A DNA stretch of 63,162 bases, filler included, from Collodictyon triciliatum (lineage: Eukaryota), in assembly GCA_043381765.1 (NCBI GenBank). It is 3 parts of 3 records of this genome, joined end to end, with 100 filler letters (N's around TTAATTAATTAA, not from the genome) between each part and the next. Parts side by side here need not be neighbours in the genome. Positions count along the whole stretch, not along the records: positions 24,972 to 49,862 come from JBHJMP010001067.1; 2 more parts are not named here. One strand, written 5' to 3'. The position numbers were made by a program, and so were the translations under genes. Below the pieces are notes generated by a model. It was not told where the DNA came from, did no database searches, and was given only the letters and a program-made list of their open reading frames with translations. Of this stretch, positions 29,928 to 43,126 are shown piece by piece. How positions within the stretch are numbered: the stretch's first letter is position 1; each line of letters opens with the position of its first letter.

Positions 29928-32900
29928 TTAGGCCACGTATTGAATCGTTGACGGGGAATCGCTCGGTCGTTCCAGGTACTCGCGCTCAATCAATCCCTCA
30001 ATAACTGTCTTTACGAGCTGACGTCCGGGCTCGAAGCGGTTGGCCACTTGCTTCATTACCTAGAGTTGGGTTAACGTTCTGTTTACACATTGCGATGCTG
30101 ATTGTGAAAGTCACGAACGATATCTGTGAAAGACAGCATTAAATTCTTGGATATACATGTTGGCTCTTTATGTTTTAATCACTTAAAAAGAGGGCTTTAA
30201 AGGAGAGAGAGAAAAAAAAAGAAGGCACATTATCATTGGGATATTGAGGGATGATGGAGGAGTATAATGAGACAAAGGCGATTTATCTTTATTATTTTTT
30301 TTTTTAATGATTGTTTTGGTTTGGTTATTTTAGAACAATTTTTTATTAATATTTTATCACCATTATCGGTTAATAGTGCATTTTGACAATGTCATACTGT
30401 ATGGATGAGTAGATTTACCTCTCCAACCAAGTCTTCGAACTGCATTTTCATCCTGCTCTTCATAACGCGGACGCAGCAAGCCTTCGAACAGTGATTGTAC
30501 AATTTGTTGAGAAAAAAATAAGAGATATTTGATATAAAAAATCAGCAAAAAGCCTATCATAACCGCATTACCTCCAAAAGCATCTTGCGGTCTCCTTCTA
30601 CCGTCTTGCGCTCTTTGGTGTCCACAGCTTCTTTTTCCTTTGCCTGGCCAATTTTCAGTTTGATACGTTCGCTATGAGGGATACATAATAACATAAATGG
30701 TCATCCAATAAACTCTGTGCAAATAAAACAAAACAAAACAAAACAAGATAAATTGTAAGGTGTCATATTCGCAAGAAACCGAAGCAGGTGAAAAAGTCAT
30801 GAGTCTCACACCTTTTGAAACCGGGGTTTACAGTGTATTCATCAGCTGGGCTGAAGGTTTTTGCATCGGGAGACTGCGTGTTATAATGCATTGTATTGTT
30901 TTATTTAATTGTTTTTTTTTTCGGTAATAACAAAAAAGTTAAGCTTTTACATGATATAAAAGGTAGCTACCTTGTTTAAAAGTTTCACAGCCATAAGTGG
31001 ATATATAGAAGCCTTGAAATCTGGGTCTGGCAATCCTGTTTCGCTAAGTATATCAGCCATTGAAATACTTTGCTTTCCTGATGCCGGGTCAATTTTGTTG
31101 AACTTCAAAAGGATTCTGATGGGGAAAAACATGGTGAATAGAAACACACTTAGATAAATAACTGCTTCCAGATACGAAATGCCGTTATGTTCACATGAGA
31201 TGCCAGTTCCCTTATCCGATAATATGACCAAAACAATTTAAAGAGCTAGAAAATTACTTCCTTTTGTCATCTTCATAAGACCATATATTTTTTAGGTATC
31301 TTTCTGGGTTGTCAGCATGTGAATGTTATGAAAGAATTACGCGGCCTGGTAGGTAGAAACATTGATTTCGTAGGGCTTGTTCATCCCAAGAACCTTGATA
31401 TCCCCTCGGCCTTGTGCGTGAAGCCATTGAAGCCTTCGGCCGCTGTACTTTTTGTTGTAGAATTGTTTCATGACCTCAAGAGCAGAACCAATCTACGCCA
31501 TCAAGACCAAAATATGTTATTGGATATCACAACTTAGACCGACGATTCGGGCTTTTGAATTCATCTAACATATAAATTGAAAGTCTTTAAACATATACAG
31601 TTTGCAATGTAGCGCGTAGTGCTAAGAATTTGAAATATGTTACCTCAACAGGGACATTGAAAACAAACTGTGGTAGAATAAACGGCCAGGTGTTGGTAGT
31701 TAACACGCGAACATTCAAGTCGATCTCTGTTGAACATGGTTATAGTTTTAGAGATTGGACGAATACATTTTCAATTGAAATATATATATATATATTTAAT
31801 ATGAATGAATAAATAAGAGAGAAAAAACGAAGGAAAAGGAAGAGTTGTCATCATTACGAAGTGATTGTGTGATGGGGTCGCTCTTGAATTCGCCATTGAA
31901 TCCCTCACACACTTCTAAGTCGCTGAACATCCGTTGGAATTTCAATGTGTAATCATACCCACATATTTCCTATAAAACATATCATAGATGAGACGAAAAC
32001 ATTTCATTTAATAATGCTGAAAAGCCTTGCTCGACGGAGGAAAATAAAGTTCGAAGAGAGAATTGTGAAAGCTGTTTAGTCAGCTCAAGGTAGATCGCCA
32101 TTATTTCATAGTCTTCACATGTATGAGATACTAAAAAAACAAGCTGCCAAGATGTTACCTTAAGTTTGGTAATGACATGCTTTTCATGTTCTTCTCCAAC
32201 ACTGTTTTGTTCGATTAGGCGAGTGCTCAAAAAACGGCCATAAGTCAACTGGAAGTGGTCCTTCTCCGTCACGTACTTAAAAATAAGGAGCTATACAACA
32301 ATAATATGATTGTCTATTGTTTTGAAGTATCAAGGATAAAAAAAAAACTAATTACATGTCATAAGGATTGTATGACGATACAGTTTTTTTTTCCTCCTTT
32401 CGATTTTGTGCAAGATGTATGATGGATATAATTATGTATTGAGTAACAGTGGGGTAGTCAATTTTACACAATTATCGAGCCGCTCTGATAATTCACGATC
32501 TTCTACTTTGCTCTTTCCTTTCTTCAGTATCTCATCCATGAACTTGGCCAAGGATACAGCAATGTTCGGAATTGCATTAAATATTTTTCGGCATGCCTAT
32601 TTGTTAATTATCGATGTATCATGCATTCATATATTCACTTGCGTTCATAAATTGGCAAAGCAAGGAAAACAATACAAAATAGTAGAGGCTCTTCAACGAC
32701 ATATAAGGAATGAAGAAGTAGCTTTAAAGCTGCTTTAAAAGAGCTGTCATGACCAATATACATAATTCTTTTTTTTAAAAAAAAAATGAATATAATTACC
32801 CGATCAAAAGAACTCAAAAAGAGTGAGTCATCATGGAATATCGTCCGAGCAAGGCCTCTGTGTTGTTGATAGAAGGCCAGGACGGTGTCCATAATTTGTT

Positions 32901-35388
32901 GGAATTCCTACAAGAATGCGATTTTTTATAAAAAAAAAAAATACAATCAGGTTTGGTCCAAGAATGACACCACGAGAAAAACGCTCCTTTAAACAGTTGA
33001 TTTTTTCTTCTATCTTTTTCATATACTTTAATTTAATTTTTGGTAAATGTGTTCTTGTTGTATTGTGCTTTGTGAATAGCTAGACTTTACGACCAAAGGA
33101 AAGGGAGTCACCTTGCCCTCTGTGTCGACAGAGCTGACTTGCTTTCCCTGGGATATTATGTAGGCTTCAAACATGTTTGCAAAGGGCTGGCACCACTCGA
33201 CGTTATTTCTCAATAGACGATACACTTTCCCAAGGTCTTTGTTTGAATATAGTTAGAAGGATATAATATCATAAAACAATAAGAAAACAACTAATAAAAA
33301 GATGGCTTGAATGCATATATCAAAGTTCAATCCCCAAAAAAAAAAAGTGACCCAATTTCCCTCAAAAATCGTGTGATAATTCAGGCATACATTGGTTATA
33401 AAGATAAAGGAGCAAGTATACCACAATACCTTCCATATTTTGAGTTCGAAAGAAATCCTCGCATGATTTGATCATTTCGTCCACAAACTTTCCAACAAGC
33501 TCTGTTTTTAGGCGCGCTTCCATCTTATACCGTTGAATTTAAATTAATTATTTATGTGTTGCAAGTCCAAATAGCATGTACCTGAGCAAGTATACATATT
33601 CTCAGAAAAATGAAAGTCTTTTTAATTATGATACATGCCTTTTCAGCGGTAGAATGAAGCAGATATCTGTCTACACGTTCTCTTTCTTTTTGTAAGAGTC
33701 CGTCAATCTAATATGCAATTTGAAGGTTGCATTAATGATTATGGTTATGATTTAAAATTGGTATGTAAGAAAAGTGAATCTGTAATCATAAAGTTAAGTA
33801 AATGTGATACATTTGGAAGCAGTGTATTCTTAAGGGTGTACCTCTGTAATGTAATAGGAGATTCCTTGTGACGCGATAGATTGAGTTGCGTATCGACGGA
33901 AGAACAATTCTGTAGTGTCAAGGTAGGCGTACTCGAATGACTCGTTATAGACCTTTAGCGGCTTTGCTTCAAAACGCTTACCAACTTTTGGATTTGCAAA
34001 TAGAGAATTAATGAGCAATTATCTCAGGTAGGATTATATTACGTTCTCAGACATGAGTTATAGCAATCTTACATATAAGAGTTAGCATGCGGTAATTTTT
34101 TTTAAAAAAAAAAATAATTAAAACTATAACTGATCGCTTACTTGTGTCAAAAATTAGTGGGCCTTCGAACAAAAAGTAAATCGAGGCAGTAAATTTGTGG
34201 ATGGGCTCAAGCTCAGTCATTTCGCCGTTTCTGTCTTTGTTGATTCTTTCGATGGACTCATTGGTGAGCTTCGTGCTGAGTGGGGAAAAACATTTTGTAT
34301 GCCAGGAAGTCATCGCAATCTATTAAATCGCCTCATTATTCCATATGATGATAATGATAATTATAATGATGATAATAACAATAATAATAGTAATAGTAAT
34401 AATTTTAAAAAATAATAAATAAATAAAATAAAAATGCATTGAGCTGAACCCCAGAGCTTACAAGAAAAAAGCACTCATTTGTGGGGAACATTCCGTGTGT
34501 CACGATGGCATGGTTCTGGGTTGTGATAGTTTGAATCTTAGAATATCTTGTTAAAGATTAATAAAAGTATGTAGCGAAGAATGCACAAAACTTAAGATAA
34601 CGTGACAAGCTTTAGTCATACCACATTCCAACAACATTTGTCAATACATCTGCTTCCATTGTAGAAACGGGACCACCCATTCAAGTATTCTTCCAGGGTA
34701 GAGAATGAGGCGGAAACCATCTTGAAGTATAGCAAACGTTCAATGATGAGGATAGAGTTTCTGTTAGAAGGACCTGAATCAAAATCACATATGGACGCTG
34801 GGATAAGATGGTTTTCTTACAAAGAAGGTATTGGAAGCAAGTTCTTCTGTAAGTTCGGTGTAAGCTTTCACGAGTTCGCTAATCACTTGCTTCGAATTCT
34901 TTTGCTTCAGAATATTTGAAAACAGCCTTGTGCGACCATCAATATTAGATTAATCGGTAGTAATTGGTAATAACCCAGTACTTGGTCCCAAACGGGATGA
35001 TTAATCAATATTATTTTATTATATTATTGTTAAACGTCTTTTTTTTCCTTATTTTTTCCTTTACTAAGCCCAAAAAAAGTTTTTCTTTATTGGCAATTGC
35101 CTAATGAGAAACTCTCCTTTTGGCTGTAAACTTGCTTGCATGTTGGTATATATTGGTCGATCACACAAGGATCAAAAGATACGTAGTGATTTTGAAGAGA
35201 GAGAGAAAAAAAAATCTAGATCGAGAGTGTTTTCGTCATCGGACAATATGTTTGCTTGGAGATAGAGCAAATTAAACTTACGACGTGAGCTCCACAACGT
35301 TTTGGGTTTGCATCATTAGGAGAGATCTCAGCATTGGTCCAATTTTCTTCCAATGCGCGGAAAACTTGAGATTCTTTACTGGCTGCAT
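29928..35388 (-). CDS. Cullin (divergent, CUL1/CUL2-like), ~20 exons
   Basis: KDHFQLTYGRFLSTRLI, CGYDYTLKFQRMFSDL, VLTTNTWP, YSGRRLQW, neddylation motif VRVMKSR, IEGLIEREYLER...YVA*; stop TAA at 29928-29930. Confidence 0.93.
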
Positions 35389-36397
35389 TGTGTGGTGGGT
35401 TGCTAATGATCGTAAATAAAGCAAACCGTCAGAACAAAAGCTTTAGTAAATATCAGAAAAAGCCAATCGATAAATAAATAAAAAGCTCTTGATAATTCTT
35501 AGGTTGCGACCACTTTCGCATCCTCTGCCACGAAAAAATAATAAGTAGAAAATAACGAGTGAAATCCTTTCCTCTTTTTTTTATTTTTTTTATCGCATAA
35601 ACACAAAGCCTGACGGCCAACCTCTCATTGAGCATCGATCTCACAAGACACAAGACACAAACGCTTCGCCGTGCAGATACTCTTCGATTCCAACCTGATT
35701 GTGTAGAATTCTCTTTTCTTTCTTTGTCTTCGCGATTTTGAGAAGGCATCCTTGGATTCACTCTCTGAATTAGTTGGAAAAAAATAAGCTGGGTTCTTTG
35801 TTGTTAATAATAAACATGCACAAATCATGGACATCATAAACACAACATTTGATTCCTTCAACATCATTTTATTTTATGTATATTTATATACTATTATGTT
35901 ATTATATATACAGAAATTGAATAGTGACGTGATTGATTTCTTATGTAATAATTATAATGTAAATTCCACAATTAATATTATACTCTAGAAAAGTATCCAA
36001 TTTCGCCGAATTTTCATCGTTGATATTTTTCCCACTGCGACGAAAGAACCCAAGATTTCTGGCGCACTGCCTGGCATTTTGTTAAATCATCCACTGCGCA
36101 GCGCCACAGATACTCGCGTAAATAATACAAACAAAAAACAAAAAACAAAAAACAAAAAAACAAAAAAACAAAAAACAAAAAAACAAAAAACAAAAAACAA
36201 AAAAACAAAAAAACAAAAAAACAAAAAAACAAAAAAACAAAAAAACAAAAAAATTATAATTATTCAACAGCATTAGAAACAGTAATACAAAACGAAGCCC
36301 ACCCAAAGTCATAATTTCGTCTTTAGGCAGCTCATTTTTGCTAGTCTCTGGTGCTCGCTGCTTCTTCGACGACCAATCTGTCCGAGCAACATTCGTT

Positions 36398-39300
36398 ATG
36401 AGACGCAGCCTCGCACCATCTGCCCAGAGAGACCGAAGGAACGGGAATCTTGAGAATATGCCAAACTTTGCTCCAAAGCTGCTGCTCAGCCCTCCAATTG
36501 AGAAACCATGCCTGGCACCAGTTGACCCTGCAAATGAGACCCCACCTCAGAGAGTCGCAGGTTTAAAAAGCCTCAGTACCAAAACAATTGCTGCTCGGGC
36601 AACAGAGACACCAGACTTGAAGGCAAAGACTACGACTTTACCGCCCCCTGCAGTCAAACCTGTGTCTTCAATCGAGCGTCCGAAGATTCCGAAAGCAGAA
36701 GAGACAAAACAGGCTGCAGCCAGCACAACTGCAACACCTAATCACTTCTACACAGTTTTGTATTGCAAGATATCGACGAAGAAACACAAATCATATAACG
36801 TAAGTGTCAAAATGACGACATGATTGGTTGTTTTGTGGTCGCTTTCATGGCAAAATAATATTCTCACCAAATAGCTCACAACTAAACCAAACTCATTCTA
36901 TATAGGATGGTACGTCGAGTCCTGATGACAAATCGATCTCGAAAATAAAATTGCTATCACATCCCAATTATTTTTAGTTAGGTCTCTTTTAATCTAGCGC
37001 AACTTCCTATAATAGGCGTGTTAGAATGCTCAGATAGGAATAGTGTACTCTACGATATGGATGGAAAAGTAAGGCTAAATTAAAAATCCGTTTACTATAT
37101 CATTTACGTGTTATTCTTATTTCAGAAAGGTATTGAGCGCGTATCATTTTCTCCTTTATCAGATCATTGGAAAACAATTGGGCAAGACCGATAAGCTGAA
37201 AGAAGGACAAACATGGAAGGTCTCTAGCTATGAGTGCGAGGTAGCTTGAAAACACACACTTTCGCTTCTCTCCCTATTATTATTTACTTGAATCAATACC
37301 CTATCATTAACGAGACTAGACAATACCATATCAGCACATTATATCCACTATGCAGTATATTATTAGTACAATATCCTTAATACTCTACAAGGTCGCCCAT
37401 GTCGTAAGCCAGGAGGAATTCTCGTCAGGACGAGTTTTCATAAACAAAGGAAAGATAGGTTCTTTTTTCTTTCATTTTCGATTTGGATTACGCTAGTGTT
37501 ACTTTGTTGCATACATTTCCATGTGCTTTTTGTTCCTTTTTTGTGAGCCATGCTCGTCCCCTTTAAGAGAACGATATCAACTAGTCAAGGAGACGCCTAA
37601 AGCATCCACAACAAGCTCCCTTTCAAAGATGCAATTCAAAAGTGTTGGGAGAGACAGGTCGGATGGTGGAGAAATCGTACAAAAGATTGAGCCTAAACAC
37701 GACCCGAATGCACCTGGTGCTATCGTGCTAAATAGAGGGCATCATGAATTCGATGGAAGGTAAGTTTTTGTTAAGTTGGACATATTCTGATTCCATACTA
37801 GAATAGTATAATAAAGTATGTTGGGATTCTTATGCATGGCTTTATGCACTGTTAACACGATCGGCATCATCAAGGGGGAACCAGATTGTTTCGGTTGTGG
37901 TGGATCCTTACATTTCATCTCATTTGCGACCACATCAAATTGAAGGAGTGCAATTTATGTACGACTGTATTACAGGAAATAAGGTGGCTACTATAATTGA
38001 TATATTTTCTTTTGATGCCTAGGTATGTCTTACAATTTCTCGCAATAAAATTTGAGTGATATCTCAAATCATAGGCTACTTCTGGCCGAGGATGTATCCT
38101 TGCTGATGAAATGGGATTGGGGTAAATGATTCATAAATACGTATATTTATAGCAAGAAATATATTATGAACGATTATGATTGCCTGAATTCCAACCAAAT
38201 ATCAGAAAGAGTCTTCAATCAATATCGATTCTATGGACACTGCTGCGCCAGAGGTTTGATATTGGTGGTTATCCACAGAATTCCGACAATCCGAAACTAA
38301 GTTACTTTAAATCCAGTTCAGCAGGAGGATGCTTCGTCAAAAAGGCCATCGTTGTGTGTCCATCTTCACTCATAAATGTTTGTTTAAGCTCGCCACATTT
38401 TTATAATATGCTTATTATTATTCTATTATTTGCAAAAAAAGTAAATTAAGCAATAATAGTATGAGTTCAATCCTTGAAAAAATCATAATTTTAGAACTGG
38501 GGGAATGAAATCAAGAAGTGGTTAGGTCCAGAAAGAATCAAGGCTTGTAAATTAATACCGTACACTATGAATATTGTTGGTTTAATAGACTTAATTCATT
38601 GAAATGCAATTCTTATATTAATTTCTTTCATACAGCCGATATTGATATTATCCAACGAAAAAGCAAATGATACCCATGTGAAAGATTTCATAAAGTCGCC
38701 GATAAAACCCCTTATCATCATTTCGTATGAAATGCTCCGAAAATATGAAGATGACTTGAAATCCGTTCAAAACTGCCTCATGATATGCGATGAGGTTCTT
38801 AATTATCTCGAAAATGAAATCCCATATCTCAGTCAAAATTTCTCAGAGGGCTTCATTAATTATTTCCTTAACCGCACCAAAGGGTCATCGTTTAAAAAAC
38901 GCGTATGGGAATAAGACCATCCAATCCCTTAATGCCATCAACACCCACTACAGAATAATCCTTACTGGGTAAGAAATAGCCACGTTCGTATCTTTCCTCA
39001 TGCAGTCATCTGTGCAAAAATCTGTCTGTCTATATTTCGCTTGTCTGAGTATATTCTTATCACTCCTTTCATTGAACCTGCATTGAAGAAAAGTCGATTT
39101 ATTCAACTGTAACTCTATTAGAACACCAGTACAGAATGATCTAGAAGAATTTTACGCGATGGTAAGGGTTCCAATCACTATCTCAACTTCATCGAAGCAG
39201 TATTTTTCATAATCAAACGCTTTCTATGACTCATATATCTACGATAATGCCTGAAAAGGTTAACTTTGTCAATCCTGGGGCACTCGGCGCCCTTGCTGGC

Positions 39301-42300
39301 TTTAAGCGAATTTTTGCAGATGCTATTGTCAAAGGTAGAGACCCAAACAATTCATTCGCCGAACAAGAGCTGGGACGACAGCGATCAGAAGAGCTTTCGA
39401 ACATTACTAGCCAGTTCATCCTCAGACGGACAAGTGACATACTAAAAAAGTACTTTAACTTTTCTGATGTTCTCCAAAATCTAATCATATGTTTTTTTTA
39501 TTTTATTTTTTAAAAAAAAATGATATATCGAATAAACACATTGAAACACGTTTACTTTGCCATTCACTTTTCTCTCTCTGAGGTATCTTCCCCCCAAAAA
39601 TGAGATGGCCATATTTTGTCGAGCCTCTCCAGTGCAGGCTAACCTCTATAAACGGTAATTCACATAATTGATTGGATTTGATTTGATTCATATCTAAGAC
39701 CTATTTATCTCGACGCACGAATTGGGGTGACTTATATGAAAATATTTATTCTTATCACATTTGGCCATTCCCATAACCTCAGCTATCTCCAGTCGAAGGA
39801 AATTACACAAATTTTGACTGGAAATCAGGGCTCTGTCTTGTTTTTCATCACTGCACTCAAAAAGCTATGCAACCATCCCGATTTGGTCTTGGACAATGGC
39901 GAAGTGTGTTCATCATAAATATAATCATAATCATAAATATAACCATAATCACACACCAGGAAGAAGCGGGTGGACGAGGAAGGAAAGAGCCCAACGAAAA
40001 TCTCCGAAAGCCTCCAACGGATTACGAATTCGGGCTGCTAGAGAACTCTGGCAAGTTGCAAGTCCTTTTGGAGTTACTGCGCTCGGCTCGAGATAAGAGC
40101 ACCGACCGCTTTGTAGTGGTCTCCAACTACACAACAACACTTGATTACATCGGGCAAGTCTGCAAGGCGAACGGGTTTACGAGCAATTTCAGCATATTTT
40201 TTTTCCTCATCGGCCATACAGAGAAACGGGCAGAAGCCTTCTTTTTCTTTTCTCTTTTCCTGCAGAGCACCACTCATTTATTTTTGTACTATTTGCCACT
40301 TCCTCCATCTTGCACTCCGTGAGCAGTGAAGCAACTCCTTACCCTGTTGGATGCATTATGACAGCTTCGCGTACCTGCGGCTGGACGGAAGCACGGAGGC
40401 CAAGGAGCGACAAAGCCTGGTCAACCGCTTCAATGCTCCCGAGACGCCCGAGACTGTCTTCCTCTTGTCTGCCCGAGCCGGTGGCGTCGGGCTGAACCTG
40501 ATTGGAGCGAACCGACTTGTGCTGTTCGACCCCGACTGGTTTGTTATTGCACTTTCCTTTCCATCCGCGGGTTGCTTACACACATTAACTTTTAAGCTTA
40601 ACATTCGGGCCTCTTTCTTTCTTAATTGTCTGCCGCTGTTAATGCCTTGTCACTTTTACTTCTGTCGTTTATTTTAGTTTGTATTATGTTCACTCATCCC
40701 ATCTCCATCTTTATCTTTATCTTTATCTCTATCTCCATCTCCATCTCCATCTCCATCTCCATCTCCATCTTTATCTCCATCTCCATCTCCATCTCCATCT
40801 CCATCTCCATCTCCATCTTTATCTTTATCTTTATCTTTATCTTTATCTTTATCTTTATCTTTATCTTTATCTTTATCTTTATCTTTATCTTTATCTTTAT
40901 CTTTATCTTTATCTTTATCTTTATCTTTATNNNNNNNNNNNNNNNNNNNNNNNNNNNNNNNNNNNNNNNNNNNNNNNNNNNNNNNNNNNNNNNNNNNNNN
41001 NNNNNNNNNNNNNNNNNNNNNNNNNNNNNNNNNNNNNNNNNNNNNNNNNNNNNNNNNNNNNNNNNNNNNNNNNNNNNNNNNNNNNNNNNNNNNNNNNNNN
41101 NNNNNNNNNNNNNNNNNNNNNNNNNNNNNNNNNNNNNNNNNNNNNNNNNNNNNNNNNNNNNNNNNNNNNNNNNNNNNNNNNNNNNNNNNNNNNNNNNNNN
41201 NNNNNNNNNNNNNNNNNNNNNNNNNNNNNNNNNNNNNNNNNNNNNNNNNNNNNNNNNNNNNNNNNNNNNNNNNNNNNNNNNNNNNNNNNNNNNNNNNNNN
41301 NNNNNNNNNNNNNNNNNNNNNNNNNNNNNNNNNNNNNNNNNNNNNNNNNNNNNNNNNNNNNNNNNNNNNNNNNNNNNNNNNNNNNNNNNNNNNNNNNNNN
41401 NNNNNTTTTCTTTTTCTTTTTCTTTTTCTTTTTCTTTTTCTTTTTCTTTTTCTTTTTCTTTTTCTTTTTCTTTTTCTTTTTCTTTTTCTTTTTCTCTTTC
41501 TTTTACTTTTTCTTTTACTTTTACTTTTTATTTTACTTTTTCTTTTACTTTTACTTTTACTTTTTCTTCTACTTTTTATTTTACTTTTTATTTTACTTTT
41601 TATTTTACTTTTTATTTTACTTTTTATTTTACTTTTTATTTTACTTTTTCTTTTACTTTTTCTTTTACTTTTTCTTTTACTTTTCTTTTACTTGAAACTG
41701 GCGTCGCTTTGGCTAGTGCGTGGTGAATGCCGAATCACGCACACCAACTTCCTAATGACTACTATTCACATATGTATTATTTAACCATCGGATTGATGCG
41801 ACATGCGACTGGCGTAGCGACAACTCAGCAAGCAAGATATCGGCAAGGTTGTTGTGGAAGAGAAGCAGCAAAAGGGGCAGTTTTCGCGGGTCTGTTTAGA
41901 CTTCAAATGCCTATACTTCATATCTCTACATCGTAGAATCAAAAAAAAATCTGGGATTTGATGAAATCACCGCCCTTGTTTTCCTCGCTTTTCATCAGCG
42001 GCATCCTCTCCTCTCCTCTCCTCTCCTCTCCTCTCCTTTTTTTTTCTTTCCATCCTCTGATTTCCCAATTATGAATCCGCTTCGCAGGATGACTTGAGAG
42101 AGCTTTTTGCATTCAGAGATTCTCTGCGCTTCTGCGACACTTACGAGCTGATACGGAGCGGGAAGAATAAAGGCTTCATCTCTGCGGCCCATTCGTGGAC
42201 AGGAGATGGGTGGGAGGCTTCGGTGGCCGACGAGGTTTTTCAATCACAATCACAATCACAATCACAATCACAATCACAATCACAATCACAATCACAATCA

Positions 42301-42871
42301 CAATCACAATCACAATCATTATCTCTATCTGTATCTTAATCTTAATCACCATTTATGGTAAACGATCGCATTCGCCCTTCCTTGTTTAAAAGAAATCATA
42401 CTTAAAACAATGCTTTAGTTGCTGAAGCCTCTTCTGGGCTCGATGATTTCGTATGTCCACTGCGTCTCCAATGAAGAAAGGGATGACCACGACATTCTCA
42501 AGGCGGAAAGCTGTGTGATTGACGAGGACGGACAAGAACCCGGAACTCTATCAGACGATGAATGTGGTAGTGATGATGAAGGTCACGATGGAAGTTGTGA
42601 ATTTGCAGATGAAGTTGCTTCTGACAAACAGACTGTATCAAACTCACCCGCCAAAAAGCGACGAGTAGTGATTGGTGATGATGATGGTGACGATGATGAT
42701 GGTGATGGTGATGGTGATGATGGTGATGATGGTGATGATGGTGATGATGGTGATGGTTTTAAGGCAGAAGCATTGCAAGGAAGCTCAGGTACCAAAGCCT
42801 ATCCTTCGTACGTCCAACTCCCACGCGGGTTCGATGCGATTGACTCGCTCGACCTTGACGGGTTCGACTGA
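36398..42871 (+). CDS. RAD54B: RAD54B/Rdh54-like SNF2 DNA translocase; motif VI exon(s) missing, presumably in the N gap 40931-41405
   Basis: MRRSLAPS start; DUF2439-like domain (KKHKSYNDG...YDMDGK); [74 protein letters not shown]; resumes RQLSKQ at 41818; acidic tail; stop TGA 42869-42871. Confidence 0.9.
36906..36909 (+). other. 4-nt microexon (GATG) of RAD54B
   Basis: tatag|GATG|gtacgt bridges a phase-0 donor at 36800 to a phase-1 acceptor at 37015 and supplies the conserved DG. Confidence 0.8.
40700..41690. repeat. (ATCTCC)n/(ATCTTT)n and (TTTTTC)n/(TTTTAC)n flanking a 475-N gap
   Basis: Direct reading. Confidence 0.9.
42241..42316. repeat. (CAATCA)n microsatellite, intronic
   Basis: Direct reading. 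Confidence 0.95.
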
Positions 42872-43126
42872 CGCATTATCACTGGCCTCATTGTAAAACG
42901 CAATCATACCAAATAAGGATAACCCGAATAAAGAAATAGATTCGCTGAACCCCTTTCTATTGTGGAGAAAAAAAGTATAATTTAAATAAAAGTGAAAGGA
43001 AACAAAACAGTTGACGAACGAAGGAGCGCGTCCGTGCAAAGAAACCCCACACTGAAAGCAACGTTAGAACATCTGCCAAGTCCGCCGAAAACCGGGGGGA
43101 ATAAAAGAGCAGAAGAGGAGCTGGGA

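Noticed and set aside
35160-35216. U12-like donor GTATCTTTT and extra exon in cullin intron 1
   Set aside because: Direct splicing of exon 1 to LFSNIL gives better cullin spacing; the putative exon looks like intronic pyrimidine sequence and no U12 branch follows.
40539-41817. RAD54B lacking helicase motif VI (pseudogene?)
   Set aside because: The missing NPA...EEKIYQ segment coincides with a 475-N gap; the rest of the gene is intact.
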